Positions 13,726-26,932 of a stretch of 64,000 nt of DNA are shown in pieces (the first letter of the stretch is position 1; each line of letters begins with the position of its first letter). The notes beneath the pieces were generated by a model. It worked only from the letters and a program-made list of their open reading frames with translations, was not told the DNA's origin and did not search any database. The position numbers and the translations under genes were made by a program. The stretch is from the NCBI GenBank assembly GCA_964016885.1, contig OZ024744.1:59086001-59150000 (forward strand), given 5' to 3'. This stretch comes from Eledone cirrhosa (taxonomy: Eukaryota).

Positions 13726-13962
13726 TGTTTCTTTATTAGCCACAGGGGCACAACAGAAGGGGACAAATACAAAGGGGGAAGTTTACATACAATAAAAACG
13801 TAAAATATTATCACAAATGCAATTTAAAAATTTAGTCGATTTTCCCCAATAGGGGGAGACAGGTCATATGGGTAACACATACCCCCGAAAAAAAGTGCAA
13901 CCCTGATCTCCAGGAGTACGAAGAGTTTGTACCCCTTTCCTCTCTTCCTCTTTTTCCTCAAC

Positions 13963-16900
13963 CTACAGGCTGATATAGAGAGAAGGCCCATTCACTCGGG
14001 CCATTATCGCCACTTTCACCCACCTTTCATAAAGCTTGCTGGGGTACAGCACCTCTCTCTCCATCCTGATTCTTCTTCCAAAGTGGTATTTGAAAAAAAG
14101 AATCAGTTGTTGGCCGGAGAGAAAGGTGTCAGACCTCAGCCCTTTCAACCTTGTTCACCATACAACCTCTTTCGCCATAGTTATCACACAAAGGAAAACC
14201 GCCTCTCCTTCGTTTTTGAAGGAGGGTGGCGGTTTGATCATGACAATGGACTCAGTGGTCAACCGGATTGGTCCCACCCGCGACAATAGTCATTCTACAT
14301 AGCTCCACAGGTCGGTAACGCCTGGGCAGTGTATGAATGCGTGACGGTTTCTTCGTCTCGCACGCATCTCGGACAGATCTTTTTCGAAGGGTCCCTGCCC
14401 GAGCGCCCATGTCTGTAGAGCTTGTCTCGAACTGGTAGAGCTCCTCGGTAGCACTGCCAGGCCAGGGACTTTTGGAAGTTGTCCATCGGTCCCGGGTGGA
14501 AGGTCCTTCCTCTACGCCTAGAGCTTCTCCAAGCGCGTCGTCGCACTTGCTGTGGACCAACCCTCTATAGAATGACGAAGTGGAGTCTCCACTATTCGCC
14601 GGGTCCGCCTGCCAGAGGGCTGTGAGCGCCTGAGCACATTTGATGTGCCAGTCGCCCATTTTCCTCGGTCTTTGCTTGACCCAGGACTGCAGCTCGGTCA
14701 GCGAGACGAGTCGTGGGAAGGCTCGCCTCACGAACGAGGCCCACACCGGTTGTCCGGTGAGGAATACGTAGAGATGCCGCAGCCTGAGTGCGTGTTTGCG
14801 CATGGTCAGCCACGGCATCCCCATCCCTCCGTTGGAAGGGTGTTGGCAGCAGATAGATCTTCTCACCAAAGGAGCCCGCTTCTTCCAAAAGGATTGGAAG
14901 AGCGCGCGCTCCATTTTGGTGAGCGTTTTGGCTGGACAAGGCACGACGGTCAAGCGGTAGTAGATGACGGACGCTATAAAAGTGTTCGCCATCTCCGCTC
15001 GACCTTTCAAGGATAGTTTGCACTCGGCCCACTTCTGGGTGAGCGCAAACACCTTGGCCGTCACCTCGTTCCATTTTTTCTCCACCTGGAGGTCCGGACC
15101 AAACCAGACCCCGAGCAGCTTTACCGGTCCTTCCGTCCAGCGTCCGACGACGCCATCGGAAGGCATCGGTTTGCCTCTCCACGATCCGAGTTGCAAACCG
15201 ACAGACTTGTCCCGGTTCAGCTTCGCTCCTGTGAACATTTCGTATTCCTTCAGTAAGGTGCCGACTTCCTCGATTTGCGAGGTGCTAGTTACCATTACTG
15301 TCACGTCGTCGGCGTAGGCCGACGCCGTTTTCTGCAGTCCCGGTTCTAGAGGGATGCCCTGCAATAGCTCCAACTTCCGCAGTAGTGGCTCGAGAGTCAA
15401 TACGTACAGAAGGGAGGAGAGAGGGCATTCCTGTCGGATGGATCGCGTGATATGGAACGGCGCCGAGAAGTAGCCGTTCACCTTGACCCTTGAGCAGATG
15501 TTGCTGTTGTGCATTGCAGCAATGCAGCCCCTGAACATGGGTCCGAAGCCTGCCGCCTCGAGCACCACATCCAGGTAACGATGGTCAACCCTATCGAAAG
15601 CCTTAGACTGATCCAAGTTGATCAAGGCCCCACCGAAGCCGGGTTCACACCCTACCCTCTCTATGATGTATCGCATGAGGTGGAGGTTGTCGTGTATGGA
15701 CCTGGTCGGGATTGCGCATGTCTGCGCTTCTCCCACCAGGTTCTCGACGACAAGCGCCAGCCTCTTTTCCAACACCTTGGCCAAAATCTGTAACTCTGTG
15801 TTTAGCAGAGTTATGGGCCGGAAGTTGCCTATGTCATCCCCCTTATTCTCGTCCTTCCTGACTAGTGTGATTACGCCCCCGGTTACAGAACTGGGAATTC
15901 TCCCGTTCTGTTGCCAGTTGCAGTAGACCGCTTCCAGGAGACCGGAGAATAAGTCTGGCATTGCTACGTAAAATTCGTAGGGTAGACCGTCGAGACCTGG
16001 AGATTTGCGTTTGCCGCATTGGCTCAGCGCGTCCCCTATCTCAGCGGCTGAAATCGGCTTTTCGCAGAACTTTGCCTCGCTGTCCGAGAGTCGCGGCAGG
16101 CCGTCGAGGTATGGACCGAAATCCATAGCCCCTCCCGGCGCGCCGCCGCGGCCGAACAGTTGAGCAAAGTGCCGCTGAAAGGCCGCACACATCTGCTTCG
16201 GCTCACGTATCACGCGTCCGTTTTGGTCCTTCAAAGACCGAATCGTGGACTTGTTGCCACTTCTTTTCCTCCGTCACTCGGGCCCAGCTAACAGCTTTGG
16301 CTCCCTCGTTTCCCAGAGCACGTATTTTGCTTCTGACAACGCAGCCCTCGTGCTTTGCGTCGAAGAACTGGTCCAAGGCCGTTCTCGTTGCTAGCACGCT
16401 GGCTACGTTGCCACTTCTAATTGCCTCTTCTACTTTATCTACCAGTTCCTTCTCGATTCTATTTCTATCTAACGCTAATTCTTTACTAAAAACTAACGAG
16501 TCTAATCTAACTGCCCTCTTGAGAGAGTACCACCATCTGTTGTTGACAATGGCCCCTGTCAAGTGCTGTTTAACTAAAGTGCTAATCCGTCTACTGTAGG
16601 CTTTGCTTGTTGGTAACGACAAGTTCAGCTTCCAGTAGCCGGGTCCTTGTCTATGGGTTCTATCAAGGTTGGCCATGCAGGTCACTAGTTTGTGATCTGA
16701 ATAGGCAACCATGAACATATGTGGACAGCTTAACATGTCCCTATCCTTATTTCTAACTAGAACCCTATCTAGGTATGATCTAGATGTTCCGCTCCGATTA
16801 GTCCACGTCCACAGTGGCACAGTCGGAAAATCTAGTCGATATCTATCGGCCAGGTCAAATCGGTCGATTAACTGTTTGAGGCTGTTACACCCCCCTTTAT

Positions 16901-17376
16901 CGGGACATGCTCCCACATAGTCCCAACGTGCATCTAGGATTCCATTCCAGTCCCCCACTAAAAGCAAGGAGCGGGACGTTCCCAGAAAAGTCTCTAGACG
17001 TTTGAAGAAGTCTGGCCGCGGTGTCCCGGATGGGGCATATGCGGCCACCAGCCTGAAGGCTCCACCTTCACTACCATCAACGTCTAGGACCACCAGTCGA
17101 CCCTCCGGGTCCAGATGTACCGTCTGTGTTACGAGGTCCAAGTGTTGCCGCAGCAAAACGGCAACTCCGCCCCCCCCCCACCCCCGGTTGACAGAGAGAT
17201 GCGTAGATCTCAAAGTCATCGAAGATGGGGGCCAGCTGTCGCTCGCTGTGGATCCTGGACTCGCAAATGGCTACCACATCCATACTGTGCGACCTGTGGT
17301 CGTTTAAGAGTTTGCCCTGTTTCCAGGGCACCCCCAGGCCGCGTACGTTCACACATCCAACTCTTATATTGGCCAT
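13963..17376 (-). pseudogene. Tx1 ORF2 (AP endonuclease + reverse transcriptase), frameshifted
   Basis: APE motifs NVRGL, GDWN, SYLDRV, SDHK and PGYWKLN. RT motifs KSPGLDGLPYEFY, FRPITLLN, DQSKAFDRVDH, RQECPLS and AYADDV. C-terminal CPRC..ET..H. The reading frame is split over ORFs 17077-17376, 16203-17219, 14252-16234 and 14295-14546. Confidence 0.92.
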
Positions 17377-17409
17377 GTTGGTGCTGAAAAGTTAAAAGAG
17401 GAAAAGAGA

Positions 17410-19392
17410 TCACTCACCCTTCGTCTCCTGGGGACCAGGCTGCACGATTTCCATGGGGGTGTTGGAGGGGTTGGAGGGGTGGGTGGTGGTTTCCGGTGGG
17501 GTGGAGACGGAGATGTTTGGTGGGGTGGGGTCTGGTGGGATGGGGTTGTCTGGGGTGGGGAGACATTTGAGAAGGACGCGGTTAAGTGGTTTCACGCAAG
17601 AATTCCCCACATCCTTTTCAAATGTTTCTTTTAGGGACCTATAAGTTTGTATAGGGACCCTAATCAGTTTTAGGTTCAGTTTTTTGGTATTTTTAATAGA
17701 GTGGGCGAAAGCTTTCCCTTCGGTTTTCACCGAAGGATCGTTCGTGATGGTCTCCATTAGTGTTTTGTTTTCAGTGTTTATGTAAGTGTAAGTGTAATTT
17801 TCTTGTGTTGTGTTTGTTTTTGTCTGTAGTTCCTGTGTGTGCTTTCGTTTTGTTGTAGGTATTTTGTTTTCAGGAGGTGGGGGTTTTGTTTGTGATGTTT
17901 TTGTTGTTCGTATTGGTGGTTGTATGTTTGTGATAGTGTTTGCTGGTTTTTTGCTTTTGTGATGTCTTTTCTTTCTTTTCGAGTGATGGGGTTCTCCCTC
18001 GTCTTCACTGGGTGATGGCGAGATAGCCTCATCTGTTATATCGTCTGTGTGATTGGGGAGGGGTATGTCTTGGGGAGCTGTTGTGTCTGTATGTGATTTT
18101 GCAGTGGTTTTAGGTGGAGTGGGGTTGGGTGGGACTGTGTTTGTTGTGGTTATTTTTGTGTGTTGGTGTTGTTGTGGTGGTGGTGTTGGTGGTTGTGTTG
18201 TTTTGATGGGTGTCGGCAGAAGAGCCTTTTTTTTACTCATTAATTTAGGACAGGAAGCCCTCAAGTGACCCCTGCTAAAGCAATGGTAACATGAAGGCCG
18301 ACTACCCTCAACCGAAAAGTTTATGTAGGTGAGTCGGTCCAGGAGTACACGTTGTGGGATCATAGCTATTCGCTCTGGGCTCATTTGCACCAGAACTTCA
18401 ACGCTAGTCCCATTGAATACATCTCTGGGGGACTTTCCTATTGACAGTATTCTGTCTTCATCAAAATTGATGAAGCCGCACAGTATCCACCATATGTTCA
18501 CCTTTGGTGTGACACTCGTGATTTTAATCTTTTGTGTCCTTTTTCCCATGTATGTAGGGAAAAAGGTATACAGGTTGGATACAATTGGCGACACAGAGTA
18601 ATTTTGGGCCGTCAATTGATCCTTCATGAGTACCGAAATACTCCCAAAGAGTTTGCTTCTTTGAATGAATGCAATATCATTCATTGAATTTTTGAAAACC
18701 AGTTTAATTTCTTTTTGTGACAATTGGATTGGTTTTCGAGTAGAATTGGAAACTGTCCTAAAAACTATCGTTTTGAGAGCAGTTTCCTTGCGAATTTCTA
18801 CCGGAGAATTGATGCTGAAAGCACCATTTTTTTCGAAAGTGACATATCTCCTAGCGTCCTTTAAAAGTTGTTCGGCATTTGTTATGTCGTGATATGTCAG
18901 TTCCTCCTTTTTCTGAACTGTCTGTGCAAAGGAGATTTTTGGTTTCTTTGTGGAATTATCCGTGTTGGTGGTGTTGTCATTATTGTTGTTATTGTTGTTG
19001 TTATTCTTGTTGTCGCTGATGTTGATATTATTCGTATTTTCCTTGGTGTTGGTGTTGTTGTTGACTTTGATGCTGGTATTATTGGTGTTGTCTTTATTTT
19101 TTTCTTTGTTGTTGTCATTGTTGTTTTTATCATCATTATTGGTGTTGTTGTTGTTATTTTTGTTGTCATTGTACTGTTTGGTGTCATTTGTGTTGTTTGG
19201 ATATGAATTTGTTTTTACATTTTCATTTCGTCTTTCCATCTCCATAGTATCTAGGGAAGAAGACGATGTTGACTGCGAGCTATGTAGTCTTACCGACTCT
19301 CCACCACCATTATCGTTGAACGCAGCGTTCATAACGTAATCAAACTTCTTACGATATTTTTTCCAAAATTCGATGGAGAAAACATTTTTCAA
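17410..19392 (-). CDS. Tx1 ORF1 gag-like protein (uninterrupted, ~660 aa; true start uncertain)
   Basis: CCHC knuckle CYHCFSRGHLRASC, Asn-rich N-terminus and Pro/Thr-rich C-terminus. It ends 33 nt upstream of the ORF2 ATG. Confidence 0.85.
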   Translation of the reverse strand: MKNVFSIEFWKKYRKKFDYVMNAAFNDNGGGESVRLHSSQSTSSSSLDTMEMERRNENVKTNSYPNNTNDTKQYNDNKNNNNNTNNDDKNNNDNNKEKNKDNTNNTSIKVNNNTNTKENTNNINISDNKNNNNNNNNNDNTTNTDNSTKKPKISFAQTVQKKEELTYHDITNAEQLLKDARRYVTFEKNGAFSINSPVEIRKETALKTIVFRTVSNSTRKPIQLSQKEIKLVFKNSMNDIAFIQRSKLFGSISVLMKDQLTAQNYSVSPIVSNLYTFFPTYMGKRTQKIKITSVTPKVNIWWILCGFINFDEDRILSIGKSPRDVFNGTSVEVLVQMSPERIAMIPQRVLLDRLTYINFSVEGSRPSCYHCFSRGHLRASCPKLMSKKKALLPTPIKTTQPPTPPPQQHQHTKITTTNTVPPNPTPPKTTAKSHTDTTAPQDIPLPNHTDDITDEAISPSPSEDEGEPHHSKRKKRHHKSKKPANTITNIQPPIRTTKTSQTKPPPPENKIPTTKRKHTQELQTKTNTTQENYTYTYINTENKTLMETITNDPSVKTEGKAFAHSIKNTKKLNLKLIRVPIQTYRSLKETFEKDVGNSCVKPLNRVLLKCLPTPDNPIPPDPTPPNISVSTPPETTTHPSNPSNTPMEIVQPGPQETKGE

Positions 19393-19562
19393 ACGAATCT
19401 TTCGCCCCTGTAGGGGCGAAAATGAGTTGACCCACCACCTGAAGGTGCAGACGGGGGGGGGGGGGGGTCAAGTTACACAATAATATAAAATTTAACTGAA
19501 AACTCACGTTTTTTTTCTTACATAAAATAACGGAAACTTCTCCGCGAAGTTACACACGTCTG

Positions 19563-19669
<107 letters not shown>

Positions 19670-19679
19670 TGAGAACAAA

Positions 19680-20215
19680 TAATGGATCACCGACAATTTT
19701 GACGATGAATGTTCAGTTGTTGGTTCAACTGAACTATCTACTCAACAAATTAGCAAGGTAGCGGTGTAATATTACATAGACTTATGTACTCTTAATAAAA
19801 CTCCTCAGGCAAAATCAACTTCACACAATGTGTAACAAAGCTGGAACTTTGGGTTACAGATACAATCAATTCGGCGGACTTCTGCATAGTTTCCATCTTC
19901 CCAATTTCGTTCACAAGTCTTGGATAGACCCAAATGCTTTGGCAATACACACGCGCTTATGTGCGCGCCGGCACACGGGCAAACATGCATACACACACAC
20001 ATACACACACCATTCGGTAGAGGGCAACTGTTTGATGGCCTGTCAATTCCAGTCTTGTTCACTGTGTCATGTGGAATCTCTATGTGAATTATGTTACGGG
20101 TACAGGTGCTTATGGAATGCTCAGCCACTCGCATGATAATTTCACGAGCTGGATTTTCAGTTGAGTGAACACCTGAAACAAAAGTCATTGTTAAACTGAC
20201 TGAGGTCCATTCCAA
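19680..20215. mobile_element. Two diverged SINE fragments in opposite orientation (second SINE family)
   Basis: About 19680-19890 and 20020-20215 resemble the body of the element at 53540-53790 in opposite orientations. Confidence 0.5.
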
Positions 20216-21888
20216 TGCGGGTGTTCCTATCTAACTGATACACATTTATCGTTTTATTCTAGAAACAGGCAGTCTTAAAACGGGTCCAGATGATCAACAA
20301 ATTGTTGACTGCTGAGGACCAGAGGTGTGTTTTCACTGCTCAGCTAAGGTGACACTGACAGACTGGTGAGGACCAGAGGTGTGGGTTTTACTATTTGGCA
20401 GCGTCTACTTTCGTTTCAAACTTTGTACAACGGGTGTCTTCAGTTTCACATGATATTTTTATGAGCTGTTTCTTTTTTTTTTATTTACGCAGCCCAGTGA
20501 CCCACCGAGCATTGCCCAAATACCCATATGGTCAGTCTGTTTCGGGTACATTCTGTTAAATTTTTTTATTGTCTTGGTCTGGGTTGATGAGTAAGTGCTG
20601 AAAATCACTTCCGGGTACCCAGAATGTTATTTTACTACTCATCTTGTAAGAGTGTTATTTCAAAACGGTTAAAGTCCTTGATGTGTAGTGAGAATTTTTT
20701 TTATGAATTCCAACATGGTTGTGGTTGACGAAAAAAAATAAATAAATAAAGAAAGAAAGTAAGAAAGAAAAAGAAGGAAATGATGAAAGAAAAAGGAAAT
20801 GTAAGCAAAAAAGAAAAAGAAAAAAGAAAGGGGAAAGAAAGACAGACAGGAAGAAAAGAAAGAAAGAAAGAAAGAAAAGTAAGAAAAGGGAGAAGGTGAA
20901 ATAATGAAAAGAAGAAAGAGAATAATCTGTAAGGTTGTTAGGTAATTAATGTGCTATTGTTCTTCGAGTTATTTATAAACAAACATACAACCTGGATATT
21001 TAGGTCACTTAACTAATTTGTTTAGCATCAAAGATAAGTGTTGGGGAAAATGACAACATTCTTTCTTTGCTAATTTTGGCATACCGCCTATGGTATGCCA
21101 AAATTACCACTCGATATTCAGCAGAGTAGAGTGTAGATAGTATAAAGAAAACGAAAAATCAGTGATGCATCTGGACTTAATTTATTGCGTGTTACAATTG
21201 TTTCGCCGGCAGGTAGCACGAGACATGCTCCCTGTAAGGATCTGTCTGATTCTACGGCTGCAGGTTCTTTCAGAGACGGGTATTTCGTTCGGAGCAAATT
21301 TTATCACTGGGGTGTTATCATAAAAAAACGCCCTCAAAAAACCCTCTTCCACTCTTGTCATGCCATTGGCTGTTTTTACTCCACGTCATCACAAGCTCTG
21401 GTCAGTATTTACTGCTACACGGGTCATCAGCCATTTTCCGTCCGACACACTTCAATGGAGTCATGCTGGGTTCAGTATCTCACACGTCTGTTCAGTAAGC
21501 ACCCACACATACGAATATACACACACATATATACACACATGCAGACACAGACACATTCGTGCATACACACACGTACGCCTACATGCGTAGACACCCCCCC
21601 CCCACATACATACATATATGTATATATATACACACGCGCTCTCCCTCACTTCCACGAACCCAGTCACAGCCACTTCTAGATACATATCGCCACAAGCCTT
21701 ATAACAGCTGCTTCAGTCGCGCCATATATCCGGTCGGACAAGCATGGCCTACGCAAACATACACGTATATACACACATACGCGCGCACACATACATACGC
21801 ACAACCATACATACGCACACATACATACACACAACCATATATACATTTATATATATACACACTCATACATACACATATATACATACAC

Positions 21889-21943
<55 letters not shown>

Positions 21944-21988
21944 GTGACAAAACATAAGTCAATTGCATGAACTCATAATCTTTTATTT

Positions 21989-22042
21989 ACTGCTATATAT
22001 TTCGATGATAGCCATTGAATGGCTATGACCTCATCAGGCAGT
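21989..22042 (-). ncRNA. Minimal type I hammerhead ribozyme (family B copy nested in a (TA)n of the Naiad UTR)
   Basis: Reverse complement: ACTGC-CTGATGA-GGTCATAGCCATTCAATGGCTATCATC-GAAA-TATATA-GCAGT, with a perfect stem I. Confidence 0.8.
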
Positions 22043-22101
22043 TAGTCAGTTCTTAGATATGCCAGATCTGTGTTTATAGTGTTGATGGTATCAGAGCCTT
22101 G

Positions 22102-22172
<71 letters not shown>

Positions 22173-22251
22173 TACACATATATATACGCTCACACATGCC
22201 CACACATACATACAAAATACACATACGTATACAAAATTACATACACACATA

Positions 22252-22367
<116 letters not shown>

Positions 22368-22637
22368 AAAAAACCTACATGCATACGCACACCCACACAT
22401 ATACAGACATATATAGATCTATATATGCATACGCATACGGGCTACCACGTGCATACACCTGCGCATATGCATATTTGCTTACACACACATGTGCTTCCAC
22501 ATATACATATATAAACAAAACCGTAAATTAAAAATACATTATATAATAAAAAACACAATGTACCATAAAATAACTGTAAAATACCATAACATAAAATATA
22601 AAATATAAAGTATAAAATATCAATATATTATACAATA

Positions 22638-22714
<77 letters not shown>

Positions 22715-23748
22715 CACATACATACACATACGGATATATACAAAGGATATATGATAAAGTAATATAAAAAGAATAATAGTAATAAAATGCATATACACTC
22801 CATATATAATCATACGTACACATTCCTGTGAGATGCACATAAACACATGCATGTATGCACAAATACACATACACACATATAGAGGTCCACATATGCATAC
22901 ACCCGCACCCACACACATATATATATATATATACATATATTTACACACTTATGCACCCACATACACACACCTATTCATACGTAGCTATACGTACATATGC
23001 ACACACATACATATATATATATATATTTATATATACACACACATATAAATACATACACACACTCTGCCACATATTTACATACATGCACATGTTTGCACAT
23101 ACACGCACTCATAAGCTCATGCATACACCCCCCGTACACACCCACGTATATATATACATATATCTACATACACCCACACATACATATACCTACGCACAGG
23201 TCCACACATAGAAACACGCGAATATAAACACAATAGGATAAAAAATAAAATAAAACAAATAAATAAATTTACAATATTTTAGGATACACTAAAATCTGTA
23301 TGTAACTTCATAAATAGCTACATGAAAAAGGGGTAAAATAAAAAAACGGGGGGGGGGGTACAGGAGAAGGTGCGTGTATCCATGTGATATACTACACACA
23401 GGTAGTATGAGGTGAAAACTTGTGTCCGTATACAGAACAATAATAGAACAATAATGACAGTAATAATCATTGTTCCAAAGTGGAACAGGTGGAGAGTATA
23501 TAGTCACGATTGACGGGGTACACATTCAAGGGGACGCCCGGCTCGGTCGCCATGGGGCATGGCACCGTGGCTGGGGTGTGCTGTTCTATATGTTTGGGGT
23601 ATCGGACCGGGCGGCACTGGGCCCCGTGTTAGCCGGTCCCGGCCCATTCGATGTATCTTCCAATGTTGTGTGCTCGGTCAGGTGCCCTGGTTTACATATG
23701 TTTGCCTCACGGGTCGCACACCCTCATCAGGGCATGGCGTCAGGTCCC

Positions 23749-26643
23749 CTAATCCCGTTGGGCGAATCGGTTCTGTGCGCACCCTTTACCATGCCCCCGG
23801 CCTGCGCCAACCGGAGGATTCCATGCTGCAAATGTGCATCTTCTCTGGTGTCTGCAGGTCATGATAATTTCAGACTTCAGGTTGACGGCGTCATCCTTCA
23901 GTCTGACAATCTCCATCGCCTCGTGTAGGCATAATCGGCACTTTCTACTTCCGGCCGAATATACCCTCGCGTGGCGAACGATTCTCCATTCCAGGGCGTA
24001 CGGAGTGCCTTGGTTTCTGGTCCCACACCAGGTCCGCTAACCTAGTGGAGTGCCTTTTGCTACGGTCCCTGAAGGAATTCGTGTGATTATACATCCGCGA
24101 TTTAAAGGTCGTGGATGTTGCGTTTTGGGTTGTAATCACACACTTGTATATTAAGTCCTTCATCAAGCATTTTCCCTGTAGGGGGCACCGGGTGCCCGCT
24201 CTACAGTTACAAGTTCTGCTGTCAGTTCTTATGTATCCGATGTCCGGGGCTCGATCTGTTATGGCCCTCTCAAGGTTCTCAAGGTGTTGTACCGCCGACA
24301 CTGTTGTCTCCCCCATACCACTATTTCCCTCTCGGTGCTGGACCACATCGCCCTCCGCAGGCGCTCTGGTCGCCTCGGGGTCGGGTTGTCATTTGAGGGC
24401 AGGTCCCTGGGTAGTTTTCCGCGCCCCGAAATACGGTCACTCTGTCGCCGCGGTTGACGGCCAGTGTGCGCCATCTTCACCGCGTTAGTTTTAGCCATGT
24501 AGTCGGCCATATTCGGTGCCGTGGAGAAGGAAAATTTCACCGTGTGGCGGTTGAAGATTTTGTGGTACTTGTTTGTCGGCGGAAAGTACTCATCCAGCGC
24601 TCGGAAGAAAAGTCCTGGCACGTTGGTGTGTACATGTTTGGAGTAAGGCGCATTGAACCAAGTAACGGCCTTAGATCTATTCCTTCGTGTGCGTGGATTC
24701 TTGTTGGCGTGTCCAGGACTCGATGTCCGTCCCGTGCTCGGCCCAACCACAATTACATCCCGTGTGTTGTCTCTGTCTATTTGCCCGCTATGTGCGTCGG
24801 GGTTATGCTCTACAGTTATAAAGTGACGTCGTTCTATGTGGTCATCTATACGTCTATTCACCTTAGGTCTATGTGATGCTGCTGTTGGTGCTGTACCACT
24901 ACAACCAGGCTGGGCGTGCTCCCTGGCGTGTGCCCCGTTCGTATTTGTCGATGTCCTGTCCATGGTCCCAGTTGCCGCGGAGTATACAGTGTGCGTGCCA
25001 GGACCATGCCTTCTCGTACTGGGTGGTCTGGCTCCTATGGGTGCCTTTGTCCTACCTCCGGTCGGTCCTGTGTCATCGGTCCACATGCTAGTTGTGTTGC
25101 TATTTGTGTTCCTGGATACTGCTACCGGGTCATTTCTTCTACCTAAGGAGGCGCCCCCGCTATTGCCATTTCTGCACGCCTTATCACTAGGCTCTACTCT
25201 GTCCGGGGTATATGTTATGGTGTCTTTGTAACCGGCCCTGCGCAGTGCCTCATTATAATATTTGGCGTGCTGTTTAAACACTTCTGCGTTCGACGACAGG
25301 ATGGATACGCGTTTGGATACCCCTTTAACTATGGCTTCTATGACTGACTTAGGGTGATTCGATTGCCTGTTCACATATTGCAGGTTTTCGTTGGGCTTAT
25401 GGTACGGTCTGTGGATGCCCGTATTCATTTCCAAGGTAACGTCCAGGAAATTGACCGTCTTAGTGCTAGGGTCTATTGTCACAGATAAGCCGTGTTGTTT
25501 AAAAAAATACGATATGCGCTTCCTCATACGCTCCCTCTGACTGGGGTTAAGGGAACGGAAGGTGAAAAGTGCGTCGTCTCTGTATATTCCACCTCCGATC
25601 CCCGGGATCTCCTCCGTCAGCCTATGGATGAGATATATCCCCCACAAGGTCGGTCACCTGCGCCGAGTCACTTGACCCCATGGTGATATCGAAGCTGTCG
25701 GGTCTGTCCCTCCTCTCCCATAACTTGTCTTCGAATCTAATTAGCGTCTTTCAGGCTGCTACTATGAGGTTGGTCTCGTCCCTAGTGAGACTAGATCTGG
25801 CCATGGCGCTTATGAGGGCCTTATTGACTAGTATCAGAGATACTGACGCGTAATAGCTATCTATGTCTAACTGAATAAAATTTACTTGGTGTTTGTCACC
25901 TATTAACGAGAACCAGTCAATTACCTCCTTAGTGGAGGTCCATAGGCTAAGCTTAGTTTTATTTCTAAGTACCGGTAGTATCCTATCTATAATATTCTTG
26001 CTGGTCCTGCCCAGGTCGGATTTGGAGGGTGTTATTAACCTAACCGGTAGTTTAGTTTTAAAGTCTAATTTATGGTCCTTAATAGATATCCGTGGTTTTC
26101 TAGGTACATATACCTCGGTCCTATCATCTAGTCCTAGCCCCGTCAGTATACTTTTTGTCATGGCGTTAATACTATCTAAATTTGTCTGTCCTGTGGTCCT
26201 ATAGTTTTTCCTAATCTCTTTCCCGAGGCAGTCGTTGTATGTAAAACGGTCAAGCATGTATACATTACCAGTTTTGTCCGAAGGCACTAGTAAATCCTGG
26301 CATTTTTCCATGCTTTTGATGGTGGAGCTGAGACTTTTGAGATATTTTGTCCGCCGTGCACTATTCCTATGGAACTTGATATTACGAACTATGTTGACTA
26401 TACGGTTTTCAAATTCCTCCAGCTGTGTATTATGTGGTGGGTGTCTTCTCGATCTAAATATCCGCTTTAGGCGGTCCTGAGGGGAGTCTGGCGCGTGTTG
26501 TTGTGTCCGCCTGTCGTGGTGAAATGCGCGCCATCTCATGCGTCTGATGAACGAGTTGGTGTGGTATATCAGCAGACCCATGATGTGTTATCAGACGGGA
26601 TCGGTATGTCTTTTATAGAAGAAGAGTAATTGAATTTTTCCAT
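23749..26643 (-). pseudogene. Naiad PLE RT + GIY-YIG ORF, disrupted
   Basis: MEKFNYSSSIKDIPIPS (from 26643), FIRRMRWRAF, SDKTGNVY, KDHK, FDITMGSSD, GIYRDDAL, FLDVTL, SNHP, WFNAPYS, CNCR..CPLQGKCL..IYKC, then CRLC..E and TCRH. There is one TGA at 25751-25753 and several frameshifts. Confidence 0.88.
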
Positions 26644-26865
26644 GGCGAATCGCTGTAAGCGCTCTACTTATGGAGGAGCGTAGTATATAGTTGTGTATAA
26701 TGGTAGCTATGGTACTTCCATAGGCGGTATGCCAAAATTACCACTCGATATTCAGCAGAGTAGTGTATAGATAGTATAAAGAAAACGAAAAATCAGTGAT
26801 GCATCTGGACTTAATTTATTGCGTGTTACAATTGTTTCGCCGGCATGTAGCTCGAGAAATGATCC

Positions 26866-26927
<62 letters not shown>

Positions 26928-26932
<5 letters not shown>

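Larger units (their letters stand above)
13726..19562 (-). mobile_element. Near full-length Tx1-clade (L1 group) non-LTR retrotransposon
   Basis: It has a 5' UTR starting CAGACGTG, a gag-like ORF1, an APE-RT ORF2, and a 3' UTR ending TGTGGCTAATAAAGAAACA. (GATA)n lies on both sides. Confidence 0.92.

Noticed and set aside
14592-18892. Antisense and alternate-frame ORFs over Tx1 (also over the CRE, RTE and Naiad elements)
   Set aside because: These are shadow ORFs of coding sequence with no independent motifs.
21190-21285. Hammerhead in the pLTR of the 21071-26870 Naiad
   Set aside because: GAAAC-AATT-GTA is present on the minus strand, but the CTGANGA box and stem I are too degenerate to call.
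25751-25753. In-frame TGA in a Naiad ORF as possible selenocysteine (some Naiads encode selenoproteins)
   Set aside because: It aligns with Arg in the paralogous Naiad (LTARRTL versus VAA*KTL), not Cys. The ORF also has nearby frameshifts, so ordinary decay is more likely.
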